From NCBI RefSeq assembly GCF_964188315.1, contig NC_135668.1, positions 41,664,001 through 41,728,000 of the forward strand: DNA of 64,000 nucleotides, read 5' to 3'. The notes under the pieces were generated by a model. The model was not told the DNA's origin, searched no databases, and was given only the letters and a program-made list of their open reading frames with translations. Origin of the DNA: Podarcis muralis. Taxonomy: Eukaryota. The position numbers were made by a program, and so were the translations under genes. Shown here in pieces: positions 1 through 12,400 of this stretch (positions are counted from its first letter, which is position 1; each line of letters starts with the position of its first letter).

Positions 1-1029
1 AATGACAAATTTCTAGGTCCACCCATTTCAATTCCCTGAGCAGAACTCAGGTTGGAGATAAACCTGTGTTTACTCTCAGGGTGCAAAGCACAGTATTTCC
101 CCAAAATTGTCCCAGTACTTGATTAGCGATATCAGAACTATTCTATTTAATTTGAAGCCCATAAAATAACCAAGCAGTAGTGCGGACCTGTGTATTTAAG
201 GGGAACTTCCACACTCATTTTTTATGTCATTTTTTAAAAACAGCACCCACATTCTATGTTGTCATTGTGGACCATTTGCTCCTGCACCAGCATGCATTAA
301 GATATCAGAGGTAAGCACAATCAGGAGACCATGTGCTCTGTTATGCTCTGCATCTGGTAAGTGGTGCATTCGAAAGACAGCAAAAACCATGTGAAAAACA
401 TGAGAGTAGGACAGACCCATTGTGATGGCTTAACCACATTCCAAAGGAAAGTACCTATGGGCCAAACTACACATTACATCAAATGCATAATTACAGTAAA
501 CATGTGTTTTATATATTTAAAAATAGCAACTGGAGAGGATCAGGATTGTAAGGGGGAGGGACTTCATAAGTTCTGACAAAACTCTCTTCCCCAAAAGTTG
601 TTACTGAATATGGAACAGAGGTTGCTGTTGATGTCAATAGCAGATTCCTGTTCGTACATAAGAAGAGCCCTGATGATCGATCTACTTCAGCATCCTGCTT
701 TCACCGTGGCCAACCAGATGCCCATGGGAAACCTGTAAGCAGTATCTGATCCCAACTGGGCTCTTCTCACCTGTGATTCCAAGAAACCGTCATTCAAAGG
801 TGTGAAGAGGTTTAACAATATATCTTAAGTGTGATCATGCATTTAAGGCAACACAGGTGTGGGGGGACTTCTGGTCCTCTGGTTGTTGCTGAACTACAAC
901 TCCCATCAGCTTCAGCAAGCATGGCCAATAGGCCAGGGATAATGGGAGTTGTAGTTCAGCAAGACATGGAGGCTCTGGTTCAGAGGAGAGTTACAAGTCT
1001 GGAAACAAGCCATAACACCAGAAGAAGAG

Positions 1030-1350
1030 AATAACGGGAGACAGAATAATGGTCTTCAAATATCTGAAGGGCTCTCACTAAGAAGACACAGAAAACTTGT
1101 TCTCTGAAGCTTCAGAAGGCACAACTAGAACCTAAAGGATGGAAATGGCAGATTTCAGCTAAGCTTTAGGACATCCTAATGGTAAGAGCTGCTGGGCCAT
1201 TAGGGAGATAGTGGGTCTCTTCTTTGCTGGTGTTTAAGCAGAAGGCTGGTGGTGATCTCTCTGTATATGCTTATTCTCACACTTCAAATCCTGCTTTGAG
1301 CAGGGGTTGGACTAGAGGACCTCTACAACCCCTTCCAACTCTGCAATTAA
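1030..1350 (+). mobile_element. CR1 LINE 3' fragment
   Basis: GTCTTCAAATATCTGAAGGG...GCAGGGGGTTGGACTAGA...CCCTTCCAACTCT. A short CR1 3' end is also at about 24746-24812. Confidence 0.7.
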
Positions 1351-1431
1351 TATTATGAAGGCCACAGATTGAGGAAAGGCACGCACAGCCCAAATGGTGC
1401 TCCCTTAAACTGAGAGTCCTCTGCTCTGTTC

Positions 1432-2937
1432 TCAGGCAGGATGTTTTCTCCTGTATCTGTGGCCACTGTACATCCTGATCATCTTGGGCGCCTGCTTCCA
1501 AGTGTTTAAGAGCTGGCCCGCCACCTTGTCCAAGGTTGGGCCATCAAAGTCGGCCAGCAGGTTGACTGGAGCGGCTTCCTTGAGGATTTTGGGCAGGCTC
1601 AGGGCTTCGGGGAGCTTGGGGTTCCCCAAGAAGAGGTGCAACAGCTCACGCCTCTGCAGGCTTTCCACGAGGAACAGGAAGAGGTTCTCCAGCCTCTCCA
1701 CCAGGAACTGGTCCTCCCAAGCTTGCAAGGGACCCCGCAGGAGGAGCCACAAAAGCGCCGTCTTGAGGACGTAGGAAGAAAGGATCCGGTTCCACTGAGA
1801 GCCCAGAGGCTGCTCCAGAGAGCGTCCCCCCAGGTCCCTCAGCCCCTTGAGGATCTGCAGGCACTTGAGGTGGCAGGAGTCAGCAGGAGCTTGCTCCTTG
1901 AAGAAGCCCAGCAGCTTCTGCTCCGGTTTGGAGACGTTGAGCGTCCAGAAGGCTCCCAGTTTCCCGGGAGCCGGCGGCTGGGCCGACGGCAAAGGGGTGA
2001 GGTAGAGCGCCTCGCCCAACGGGATGGCCGGGGTGAGGCGCACGGCCATGGAAAGGTGGCAACAGACGTAGTCGGAGCGAGGCGCGATATGCAAGGTGAG
2101 CGGGCGCCCGGGCCCGACGGCCAAGCTGACCCGGCAGCGCTCCTGGAGGCGGGAGCGCACGGCCCCCAGGCACCGCTGCACGTGGCCCTGGAACCAGCGC
2201 AGCACCAGCGCCGACGACAGGTGGCGCCCGCCGCCCTGCGCCGACGGCAGCTCCACGCACAGCGCCTCGCTCAGCGCCCCCGCCGCGCGCGGAGAGGGGC
2301 CGCCGCCCGCCTCGTCGTGCGCGCAACCGGCCGCCACTTGCAGGGCGCACACGAAGGCTCCGAGCAGGCCCGCCTCGGTCCCCCGACGGGGCTGCACCCG
2401 CAGCTCCAGGCGGGGCGGCAACCGCAGAGGCACCAGCACGTCGAAGCAGTCCGGGCTGCGCACTTTGTGCTGCTCGTAGGCGCTGCCCACTTGCACGAAG
2501 TCCCCGCGCGACGCCAGCCGGTCGGGGGCCTTGCCGGCGCGCACCAGCTCGCCCACCACCAGGCTGACGTGCGCCTTGCTGTGGCCCAGCACATGGGGCG
2601 AGAGCCGCAACTGCTGCTCGTAAAACTCCTCCAGCAAGTCGCGCCGGCGCTGCTGCCGCCGCCGTCGAAGTTCACTCCAGGCACCCTCGGGGCTCTCCGC
2701 CAGGCCGGCGGGTCTCTGGGCGCGGCCGGGCAGCCGGGCGCGATAGCGCAGCGCCAAGCAGGCCAGGAGGAGCAAGAGGAGCAGCGAGGCTTTCAGCAGC
2801 GGGGCGCCCAAGCCGGAGCCCTCGAGGGCCGCGCCGGCTTGGCTGCTGCTCAGCGCTTGCAAGACGTACAGGATCGCGGTGCAGCCGCACGTCACCAGCG
2901 GCCAGAAGACGCGCAAGTTGAGTCTGTAGGCGGTCAT
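1432..2937 (-). CDS. ITPRIPL2: Inositol 1,4,5-trisphosphate receptor-interacting protein-like 2 (single exon, 501 aa; two N-terminal hydrophobic segments plus Mab-21/cGAS-like fold)
   Basis: The ORF matches recalled human ITPRIPL2 motifs: LNLRVFWPLVT, RLSPHVLGHSKAHVS, GDFVQVGSAYEQHK..PD.FDVLVPLRLPP, LSMAVRL. It has a GCC-ATG start context, is intronless, and lies next to COQ7 as in mammals. Confidence 0.95.
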   Translation of the reverse strand: MTAYRLNLRVFWPLVTCGCTAILYVLQALSSSQAGAALEGSGLGAPLLKASLLLLLLLACLALRYRARLPGRAQRPAGLAESPEGAWSELRRRRQQRRRDLLEEFYEQQLRLSPHVLGHSKAHVSLVVGELVRAGKAPDRLASRGDFVQVGSAYEQHKVRSPDCFDVLVPLRLPPRLELRVQPRRGTEAGLLGAFVCALQVAAGCAHDEAGGGPSPRAAGALSEALCVELPSAQGGGRHLSSALVLRWFQGHVQRCLGAVRSRLQERCRVSLAVGPGRPLTLHIAPRSDYVCCHLSMAVRLTPAIPLGEALYLTPLPSAQPPAPGKLGAFWTLNVSKPEQKLLGFFKEQAPADSCHLKCLQILKGLRDLGGRSLEQPLGSQWNRILSSYVLKTALLWLLLRGPLQAWEDQFLVERLENLFLFLVESLQRRELLHLFLGNPKLPEALSLPKILKEAAPVNLLADFDGPTLDKVAGQLLNTWKQAPKMIRMYSGHRYRRKHPA

Positions 2938-3600
2938 GGCGCCTCGTTGCGCGCCGGGAAAGTTCAGTCGCGAAGCCTGCGGCGCAAAGGGTGCCTCTGA
3001 GCGCGCACAGAGGGCATGGCACTCAAGCGGTGCTGGTAGTCAAGAGAGCGCCACGGTTCTGTTTTTAAGTGAAATCTCTTCAGCCCATTGTAGCGGATCA
3101 GGAGCAAGTCAATCGATCCTTTCCAGCGATCCTTTCCCGTCCACCGGGACGCGCGATGCAGGGCCCCGGGCGCAGCAGCCGATACCCCCGCCTCCTTCCT
3201 CCCGGCAACAGCCGACAACACTTGGGCGGCCTCTTCCTCCTCCCCCGGCGCGGTAGATCTCCGATCTGCTGGTGCGCTGGGATCCAGCCGCCTCTGAAAT
3301 GGGCTGAGGAATACTTTGGAAGCTGAGCTTCCCCGTTCCTGGAATCAGATCTCGGGTTCCCCGCGTTTCCCTCTCGCTCTCGTCCTCTCCAAACTCCCTT
3401 GGCTGAAACTTTCTGCCTGGAGGACGGCTTTCCTTTGCGGTTTCCTGTCTTGTTGCCGCCGCCTCCTCCTCCTCTCCAGTTTTTACTGTCCCGGGACTAC
3501 GCGGGGGGAGCGCGCGCCAAAGTGGCCTCCTCCGACGCCTCTTCCCCTCTCCAGCCCTTCCCGCAGACCGTTACTTAAAGGGGGGAGGAATGGGGCTTTT
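1950..3600. promoter_or_regulatory. CpG island covering the ITPRIPL2 5' half, 5'UTR and promoter
   Basis: Very GC- and CpG-rich relative to its flanks; boundaries approximate. Confidence 0.75.
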
Positions 3601-4930
3601 GAAGCTTCCTCTTCCGAGTGGGAAAGAGGAACTTTTTCGCGTCACTTATTCTATGAGCTCAGGGAGGAAATAACAAAGACTGGGATGGTGGGTGGATGTG
3701 AAATCAGAGCTGGTAGTCCAAGAGTGGGAGGGGGAACCTCTGGCTCTCCAGATGTTGCTGAACTACAGCTCCCATCAGCCCTGGCCTTTGGGCATATTTG
3801 CCAGGGATGATGGGAGCCAGAGTCCAGTCACATCTGGAGAGGCTCAGGTTCGCACATTCTTCTTTTAGACTTTAACAGCCTGGCAGCTTCCATCTTCCGA
3901 TGGTAATTAGTATTACTCCAAAATGTGGTAGTAAGTATGTGGGGTGGTGGTGTTTTTAGGGGCGCATGCTGCTCATTGTACTGAATGGGGGCCGGGACTT
4001 CTGCACCAAAGTCCAGCCATGAGTCCATTGGCTGAATGCTTTTTGCTCTGCTGATGTGTCAGGGGCTTCATCCATTCAGAAGAGATAAGCGAATCAGTTC
4101 CTAAAATTGACCGCAATTTAAAAGAGGGAAGGAAGGAAGGAAAACTATTTACTTAAATAAAATAACATTGGTTTAAATCTGCAGGTAGTTAATTACATTT
4201 TAACAATAACCTTTTATATGGCTTTATCTGTATTTTAATTTTTGCAAACCACCTTGAGTCCTGTTTCTGGGGAAAAGGTGGGATGGATAAACAAACAAAC
4301 AAACAATGTCTTATAAAGGTTGTCCACCATCCCCAATCTCTGCTGACTGGTAGCAGAATTCCAGAGGGTTCCAGGCCCTCACCAGGGTTGTGTTTCCATT
4401 GAGAGATCAAGGCACAGCAGAGAAATATGGTTTATGTGCACATATTTATACTTAAAGCCTTCAATGGAGGGAGTTCAGAGCATTACATCTCAAGATGGGC
4501 TTATTCCTCCAGCAGGGCAGCACTGGATTTCCAAGGCACCCTTGAATGCCATCTCTGTGCCTCTGTCCCAGCACCTGCATGGAGTTATTCCTACTTCCTC
4601 CTCCTTGTTTCCAGAACACCAAGCTGCCAAAAAACCCGCAGTGTAAAAGGAAAACTTTTTTCCTGAGTGACACCACACACTCCCCTTGCCCTGGCAATCT
4701 CCCTCTTGGGAGGGAGACAATAGGGAGTTTTGTCTTGTAGATGGCTTTTGCAATGGGTTAATGGCAGGGCCATTATCTCCCTCTGCCCCTCTGGAAGGAA
4801 AAGAAGTTCAGCATGTCATCTCACCTTAATTATCAAAGCTCTGGTTCAAACCCCAGCAACCCAAGAATCGAGAGGGGGAAACCTGGCACCCAAAGATCTG
4901 GGGGAATCCCTGTTCCGCACTAACCTATAA

Positions 4931-5257
4931 CACTGGTGTGCATCAGTCAGGGTTTTGTCCAGTATACCTGAAGGAGCGTCTCCACCCCCATCGTTCTGCC
5001 CGGACGCTGAGGTCCAGCGCCGAGGGCCTTCTGGCGGTTCCCTCATTGCGAGAAGCAAAGCTACAGGGAACCAGGCAGAGGGCTTTCTCGGTAGTGGCAC
5101 CGGCCCTGTGGAACGCCCTCCCATCAGATGTCAAAGAGATAAACAACTACCTGACATTCAGAAGACATCTTAAGGCAGCCCTGTTCAGGGAAGTTTTTAA
5201 CGTGTGATATTTTAGTGTATTTTTGGTTTCTATGGAAGCCGCCCAGAGTGGCTTCCA

Positions 5258-5312
<55 letters not shown>

Positions 5313-5313
5313 T
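4931..5313 (+). mobile_element. L2-clade LINE 3' end with (TAT)n tail
   Basis: ORF2 C-terminus RAFSVVAPALWNALP..FRRHLKAALF*, followed by a (TAT)n tail at about 5258-5312. Confidence 0.8.
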
Positions 5314-7456
5314 TAAAGCAGATTTTAAACTGCCAAATTCATCATCAGACACCCAACAGTAAAAAAAAATTAAAAGCCGAACGTAAAACAAAGTGGTTTT
5401 TTTGCATGGTCATCCTGTATCAATGGTCCTTTCTCCATAGGAATCAGTAATTTTTACCTATTATGCAGTGATTATTCATTTATGAATCTGCCTTAGTTCA
5501 GTAATCAGCAAGCACAAAAAGGGGGAGCAATTTAGGGATATTTACAAGGACAAGACAAAGCATTACCTGCCCAAAGTGGAGGAGAAGGAGGTTCTGCCCA
5601 AGGTGAAGGCAGTGACTTTTAAGCAAAGCAATACTGTATGTCAGCTGAAGAGATTATCTATTGCACCAAAGCGTTGCTAAAGTGTGTCTGCAAAGAAGGC
5701 ACCCTCAGGATCCAGAGGGCAAGGTTGGAAGTAAGAGAAATGTGTTTTCTCACTGAAATGTGACAGAACAGGAACGTCCAAAGGAAAGAGATGTCAAAGG
5801 AAGGAATCAGACCTGTAATAGATCTTGCAGCCCTGACAAGAAAACTGGCAAGGTTCAGAGCGTACTCACAGTCACACTGACAGCCATACAAGAATTAAAT
5901 TCTTCCCAGTGCAAAGAGCGCAAGACGTCAGCTTTGATGAATGTGAAGATATAAAAGTGAGCTGTTAGCAACAATAGGTTCAATTCTGGCCAGGGAAAAC
6001 ACCGAAGAGCTGCAGTACAGGTGTGGAAAACCTTTGGCCCACCAGATGGTGCTGAACTACAACTCCCACCATCCCCAGGCCCATTGGCCATGCTTCCTGG
6101 GGCTGATGGGAGTTGTAGTTCAGCAACATCCGGAGGGCCCAAAGTTCCCAACATCTGGCGTGGAGAGAAGTAAATTCAGCTGAAAAGTGTTTGGGAGGGG
6201 AAGTTTTGTTGTCATAAGTGGAAACATTAAGAAACTGGCATTTTTGTTCTGAACATGGGATGGTCTTGACAATGTTCATTGGCATGCCAAAGGAACCATC
6301 AGAAGCAGATGCCGTTACAATAATGAACTGAGGTGTGGCAGAGTTTAATTTGTGTTGGACAATCCCACAATAAATAATGAGCTCTACATGGACAAGTGTC
6401 TTCTGCGTTAAATAAGCAGGTGAGTGACAGCAGGAATAACACTAGCTCTGTATCTAATCACACACACATGGTCATCCCCTGTGCATTAAAATGTTACTTT
6501 TACTATCTAGGGGTTATTTTTTTAGGGGTGGGGGTTCATTTAAATTTGCTTTTAAGGGCAAACTCACTTAAAACGCCCATCCTTTAAAATCCAGACCACT
6601 GCAGTTCTGCAGCTAATATGTGCAAAAATGTATTTTTATGTACAACGAAAGTTGTACATAGACATACATAAATTTCCACATATATCATCAAAAACTATAT
6701 ACAAAAATGCACTACATGAGGGGAAATTGGTTTGCAGAAATGTGTGCATTAGGCAACACTGCATACAAAAAAAAAATGCTGGGAGAATCCACACTGAAAT
6801 ACAACTTTCATGCAGGTTTTTGGGTTTTTTAATGCATATTGCTGCAGAAATGTACTGAATTGAATTTAAGGCTGGGAAAATGAGAAACTGAAATTGATGG
6901 ATCCGTTCCCTCCATGTAGGGTGCTTGCCTCATACGGTCTTCATTAGACTGGGATCCTATGGGGTGGGCAGCCTCTGCACCCACTGCAGATGGCTGGCTT
7001 ACGGGAATGTCAACTGGGAGATGAACACCTGAATAGGGGCAGTGCAGTAACTGCATCCCAAAACTGCCCACTCCTTGCCATTTGTAAGCTGACACCCTGC
7101 AGGAAAGGCACTCGAGTCAATGCCTTGTTCCTGACAGCTCCCAGAACAGAGGCGGGATAAGAACAGCACACAAACTTCTGCCAAACACGTGACTTGTCTG
7201 TGAAGAGTCTAGCAGAGAATTCCAAGAAATGTGGGACACTGTCAGAGAGTGAAGAGGAAAGGGGGGGGGGGAGAACACGTAGGATGACCTCCACATCAAA
7301 GCACCAGCCTCACAGGCGCCTTTCTGGAGCCCAGATGAAAATCTCTCAAAATACATCAAAGTGGGAACAAGGTGAAAGACCATCGGAAAGGCCTAAAACC
7401 AAGAGCCAAATGGATGACATGTTGGTAATATTTAGCCCAGCAGGCATTGTGTGATC

Positions 7457-7590
7457 CAGGCATAGGCAAACTCCGGCCCTCCAGATGTTCGGGACTATAA
7501 TTCCCATCATCTCTAGCTAACAACCAGTGGTCAGGGATGATGGGAATTGTAGTCTCAAACATCTGGAAGGCCGGAGTTTGCCTATGCCTG
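7457..7590. mobile_element. Palindromic hAT-type MITE
   Basis: TIR CAGGCATAGGCAAACT / AGTTTGCCTATGCCTG with 8-bp TSD GTGTGATC. Decayed relatives at about 855-985, 3725-3850, 6018-6160, 23660-23795, 28500-28635, 30590-30705 and 62945-63045. Confidence 0.88.
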
Positions 7591-8249
7591 GTGTGATCTC
7601 TCCATGTTACGTTAAGCAATTGCCACTTATGGCAGGAAGGGGCAAAATGAAAACAGAAGCCACGTGTTAATAAGCAGGACTGGGATGTAGTGGCAAATAA
7701 AGTCAGAGTCACGCCATACATTTAAAGCACACTTGTAGCACTGTGAGAGTCATGGTTTTCCCCAAAGACTGCTAGGAATGGAGCAACTTGTTAGAGGTCT
7801 CCTAACAATTCTCAGCATGCTTAAACTACAGTTCCCACAATTCTTTTTTGGGGGGAGGGGTTGGAATCCATGATTCCTAAAGTAGTAAGAGTGCTTTAAC
7901 TGTACAGTGTGGGTGGGACCTAACTCCAAAATAGAAAAGCATTATTTTTTTTGCCTGCCCGTCCCTCACCATATCAGAGGCCATTGGGCGGGTGTACTCG
8001 ACACATGTCCAACATGGTTTTCTTCGCTGTCACTTGACCTTTCCAAAAGCAGGGGCCTTGCACAAATAAAGCTGCTTGCGGTCACTTTAAACTCCTGGTA
8101 AAAATATTTAAATGACATTTTCTTCCCTACTTGGAATGAAGCCACACACACCCCACAACTGCAACATAATTTGCACCTGATTCCTCAGTGCTGGTTTCAA
8201 TGAGACTTAATTCCAATCAAATGTAGCCAACATGAATAGTTGACATCAT

Positions 8250-8551
8250 AAAGGTAAAGGTACCCCTGCCCGTACGAGCCAGTCTTGACAGACTCTGGGG
8301 TTGTGCGCCCATCTCACTTAAGAGGCCGGGGGCCAGCGCTGTCCGGAGACACTTCTGGGTCACGTGGCCAGCGTGACAAGCTGCATCTGGCGAGCCAGAG
8401 CCACACACGGAAACGCCGTTTACCTTCCCGCCAGTAAGTGGTCCCTATTTATCTACTTGCACCCGGGGGTGCTTTCGAACTGCTAGGTTGGCAGGCGCTG
8501 GGACCGAGCAACAGGAGCGCACCCCGCCGCGGGGATTCGAACCGCCGACCC
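8250..8551 (-). mobile_element. Sauria SINE (Squam1-type), 5'-truncated
   Basis: (ACCTTT)n tail on the minus strand; near-identical to the 27045 copy; TSD TTGACATCATA at 8240-8250 and 8557-8567. Confidence 0.9.
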
Positions 8552-9413
8552 CATCATTGACATCATAGTGGGAAGTAATGCTTGTTTTATTTCCCTCCTA
8601 CTATTGCACGGGTGAGGAGCCTCAAGCCCATGGGCTATTGGCCCACCAGGCTATTCCCCTCAAACCACACTCATCCATCAACTGACATCACCGGTGACAT
8701 CAGCTGATGGGCAGGACAACCCAATTTAATCCTCCACTGGCTGCGCTGTCTGTTTATACAGCCTGGGAAGCAGGATTCAATTTCTGCTCGTTCATCAGCT
8801 GATTAAAGACTGGAATGAGATCGGCACAAGACTGGAGATGTAAAAGGGATGGGGGAAACTCTGAAAGGCTTCTGAAAGCTGCTTCTATCTTCTCTTTTAA
8901 GAACCTAGGAACTTAAAAGGAAAGAGGGAGGAGGGTTGGAAAAGCCTCTGCAAGTCTCCACACTATTAAATCCCTGATCTTAAGTAGTGGGGAGGGGGCT
9001 GGATCTGAAAAAGGTTTTGCAAGCCTTCTCCTGCTTCCCTTTTACAACCAGAGGGAAAAGGGATTTTGACAAGTCGAATCTGATCCTGATACGGATCTGG
9101 ATCGCTACAATGGTATGTGTATTCTATACTACTGCATATATGCTGTGGATGTTTACACCTTCTTTTCATTTACATTTAAAATGCAGTTAGCTATCTTATG
9201 TGTAGATATAATTATTATTCTTACCAAGTGATAGATCAAACTATAATTATTTGCTCAATGTATCATGCCATCCCATCAACCCTAGGGCTTGTTTGTTTTT
9301 TGGTGCTGCCATAAGCACTAGAAGATGGCTTGTATGGACAGAACAGGAAGAAAAAAGATGCACCACTGTGTGATTTTACTTTTATATTATTTGAATGATG
9401 CTATAATAATCCA

Positions 9414-9419
9414 TTTATT
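9414..9419 (-). terminator. Candidate COQ7 poly(A) signal AATAAA
   Basis: TTTATT on the plus strand about 35 nt past the COQ7 stop; actual use not demonstrated. Confidence 0.35.
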
Positions 9420-9453
9420 CAAAACTGTTATTACACTATTGCACAAAACTTCT

Positions 9454-12400
9454 CTATATTCTTTCCGATAAAAAAATTGCCACTTTACATCCCATTTGTA
9501 TAGCATTCTTCAAAATGGAATACGCTGGAGCCTATAGAAGAGAGAGAGAAGACATTTAATACACTTTCCAGCTTAGTTTGAATAATTCAGAGTCTTGTGC
9601 CACCGTAGAAACTCCAAAACTGTCATCCAAGAGACCATATATTAAGTACCATATTTTTCCGTGTATTGGACGAGGTTTTTTGACTCAAAAATTACGTCAA
9701 AAAACGGGGAACATCCAATACACAGATAGATAGGGGAATGGGAAGAAGCAGGGCACGTCAGTCATTCGGTTGACAGGAGCACGGCTTCCCCCATGCCGCT
9801 CAATCTGGAGGGGACTGGGGGGGGGGGCGGCACGCTGCCAGCCAGCTCGTTGGCGGGAGCGCAAATTCCCTTGATGCCGCTGCACACGGCGTGCGCTCCC
9901 TGAATCCTTTCCCGCGTGCGGCAGCATCGAGGGAGGTTGTGTTCCCGCCAGTGGATTTGCGGGAGCGCAAATTCCCCCAATGCCGCTACATGTGGGAAAC
10001 AATCTAGGGAGTGCTTCCTGCCCGCAGCTGCCTGAGGGGAGAGGCTCAACAACTTTGGGCCATCTCCCCTCATTTTCTTAAAATTGAGTCCCTCAAAATG
10101 GGGGGGGGGGGTCCTTATACATGGGGGCGTCCTATAGACAGAAAAATACGGTAGTTATGAAGCTGCCTTATACAGAGTTAAACCATTGGTCCACTAGCCA
10201 GACCTAGTTTCCGTATTTGACATCACTGCACCAAAATCATTAATAGAGTCAGATCCAGGTTTGCAAACTGAAACCCAATCGAAGTGCCCTCTGGGAAACT
10301 CCCTGCAATCTTGGGGCCATCTTGCCAGCTGTCACTGGGGAGAAGCAAGACCTGTCCTCCATTTAAAAGTTAACATTGGCCTCGACATAAGCATAATTCA
10401 ATTGCATTCTGGGGAATTTAAATGGTGGCCTTCCTGTTAAAATTTCTGAGAGGAACCTGGAGTGATGCTACTTTGGGGATAATTAAAACATTGGATGGCT
10501 CACAGCCCCAGTTATTTATCCATGTGTCGACTCAGGGCTGCCATCTATGGTGAGCCATGCCGGGGTGATGAGGAACCATCCACTAACATGGATTCCAGGT
10601 GCTAAAACCAGCCATGATGGATAGCCTGGGGAGTTAATGATTGGCACCTACCAGTTCTGCATCATGATCAAGTCCAATGTCATGATGCTCCATCTCCTCA
10701 TCCCTGAATTTCTTTATTACCTTGTTTAAAAACAAAAACATACCAGATGAATATCTGACTATCTTGCATGCAAGTCAACAGAGATGCCAGAACACACAGG
10801 GTTGTAGCCCGTAAGCCCCACTCAAGAGTAGACCCACTGAAGCTAATGAACATAAGTAAGGCCCCATCTGCACCACACATTTAAAACAGCACCATACCAC
10901 TTTAAATGGTCATGGCTTCCCTCAAAGAATCTGGGAACTGTAGTTTGTTGATTGTGCCATGAGTTGTTAGGAGACCGCTCTTCCCCTCACAGAGCTACAA
11001 TTCCCAGAGTTCCCTGGGAAAGAGGGATTGACTGTCAAACCACTCGGGGAACTGTAACTTTGTGAAGGAAATGAGAGTCTCCTAACAGCTCTCAGCACCA
11101 GGGCTTTTTTTCAGCCGGAACTCACCGGATTTTGTGACCCTCCCGTCCCCTTTCAAAAGTTATCTCAAATGTTTGTTTTAAGAATGCCTATTTTACACTT
11201 GAGCCCCTAGAGCTTTCACTGTAAAACTAGCCAACCATGGATTAAAACACACCTCTAATAATTCTCTGTATTTTTCTGGATCCTCTTCCACAAGTGTCCT
11301 GATCTGGTTGTTATAATGGTGAGATATGCTCTCCTCTACAGCCACAGTGCAAGCCATTGCACCTTCTTTTCCAAGCAAGGCAGTTCCAGCACCTGTTGCA
11401 GAGTCATTGAAATAAGACGCATGCCCCATATATGTATTTGAATTAAAAATGAAGAAGAAAATGTGAAAGAGGGAAAAGGTTTAGCCTCACCTAACATAAA
11501 TCCCGCAATGTTCCAGAAAGGCAACAGAATGGTTGGCCGGACTCTGTACAAGACCATTAACTCGTTGAACTTTTTCAAATGGCCCTTTTCCTGATCCCAC
11601 ATTTTCTGCATTAAAAAAAATGGCATTCAGCAAGACAACCGCAGTAACATGGAAGGAAAATCTTCCCCAGGATAAACAGTATCAGCCTTCATGATACATT
11701 ATAGATTTAAGAGTGCTGCTGTCATTTTCAACACTATTTCATTATTGTTGCATTCTGATGCTCCAATACAGTGGTACCTTGGTTGTCGAACAGCTTGGCT
11801 CCCGAACACAGCAAATCTGGAAGCAAGCCTTCCGGTTTGCAAACGTATTTTGGAAGCCAAACATCCAACATGGCTTCTGCAGCTTCCGATTGAGTGCAGG
11901 AAGCTCCTGCAGCAAATCGGCAGCCACGCCTTGGTTTTCGAACGGTTCCAGGAGTCGAAAGGACTCCCGGAATGGATTAAGTTTGACAACCAAGGTACCG
12001 CTGTAATCTAAACCATAGTTTGGAGGACTGGGAATAAAGCCCATGACCATAAGCACCCTCCTTTCCTCACATGCCTGCCTCACATCACCATTCAACCAAA
12101 CCACAGTTTGCAGTTATGTCTGAACTGGCAAACAATGGGTTGAGGAACACTCCATATCAGGATCAAAACAGATAAGAAAAACACTTTGAAACAACTTAAC
12201 ATTACAAAAATGAAGTGGGTCTTTAAAATATGCATCGTATCAAAGTCAAGAGTAAGCAGGTGTGTTACTAAATACTATAGATTCTAAGTAGTGTACAATA
12301 AGGTACAGCATAAATTGTTGTATTCATAATATCTGGTGGCCTTCATTTACATTTTTTCATATTGTATTTTAATATTAATGTTCTGTTTTAATTAGTGTAA

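Noticed and set aside
1636-3000. 454-aa plus-strand ORF and other overlapping ORFs
   Set aside because: Antisense shadows of the GC-rich ITPRIPL2 CDS, which is depleted of stops in other frames; no recognisable domain.
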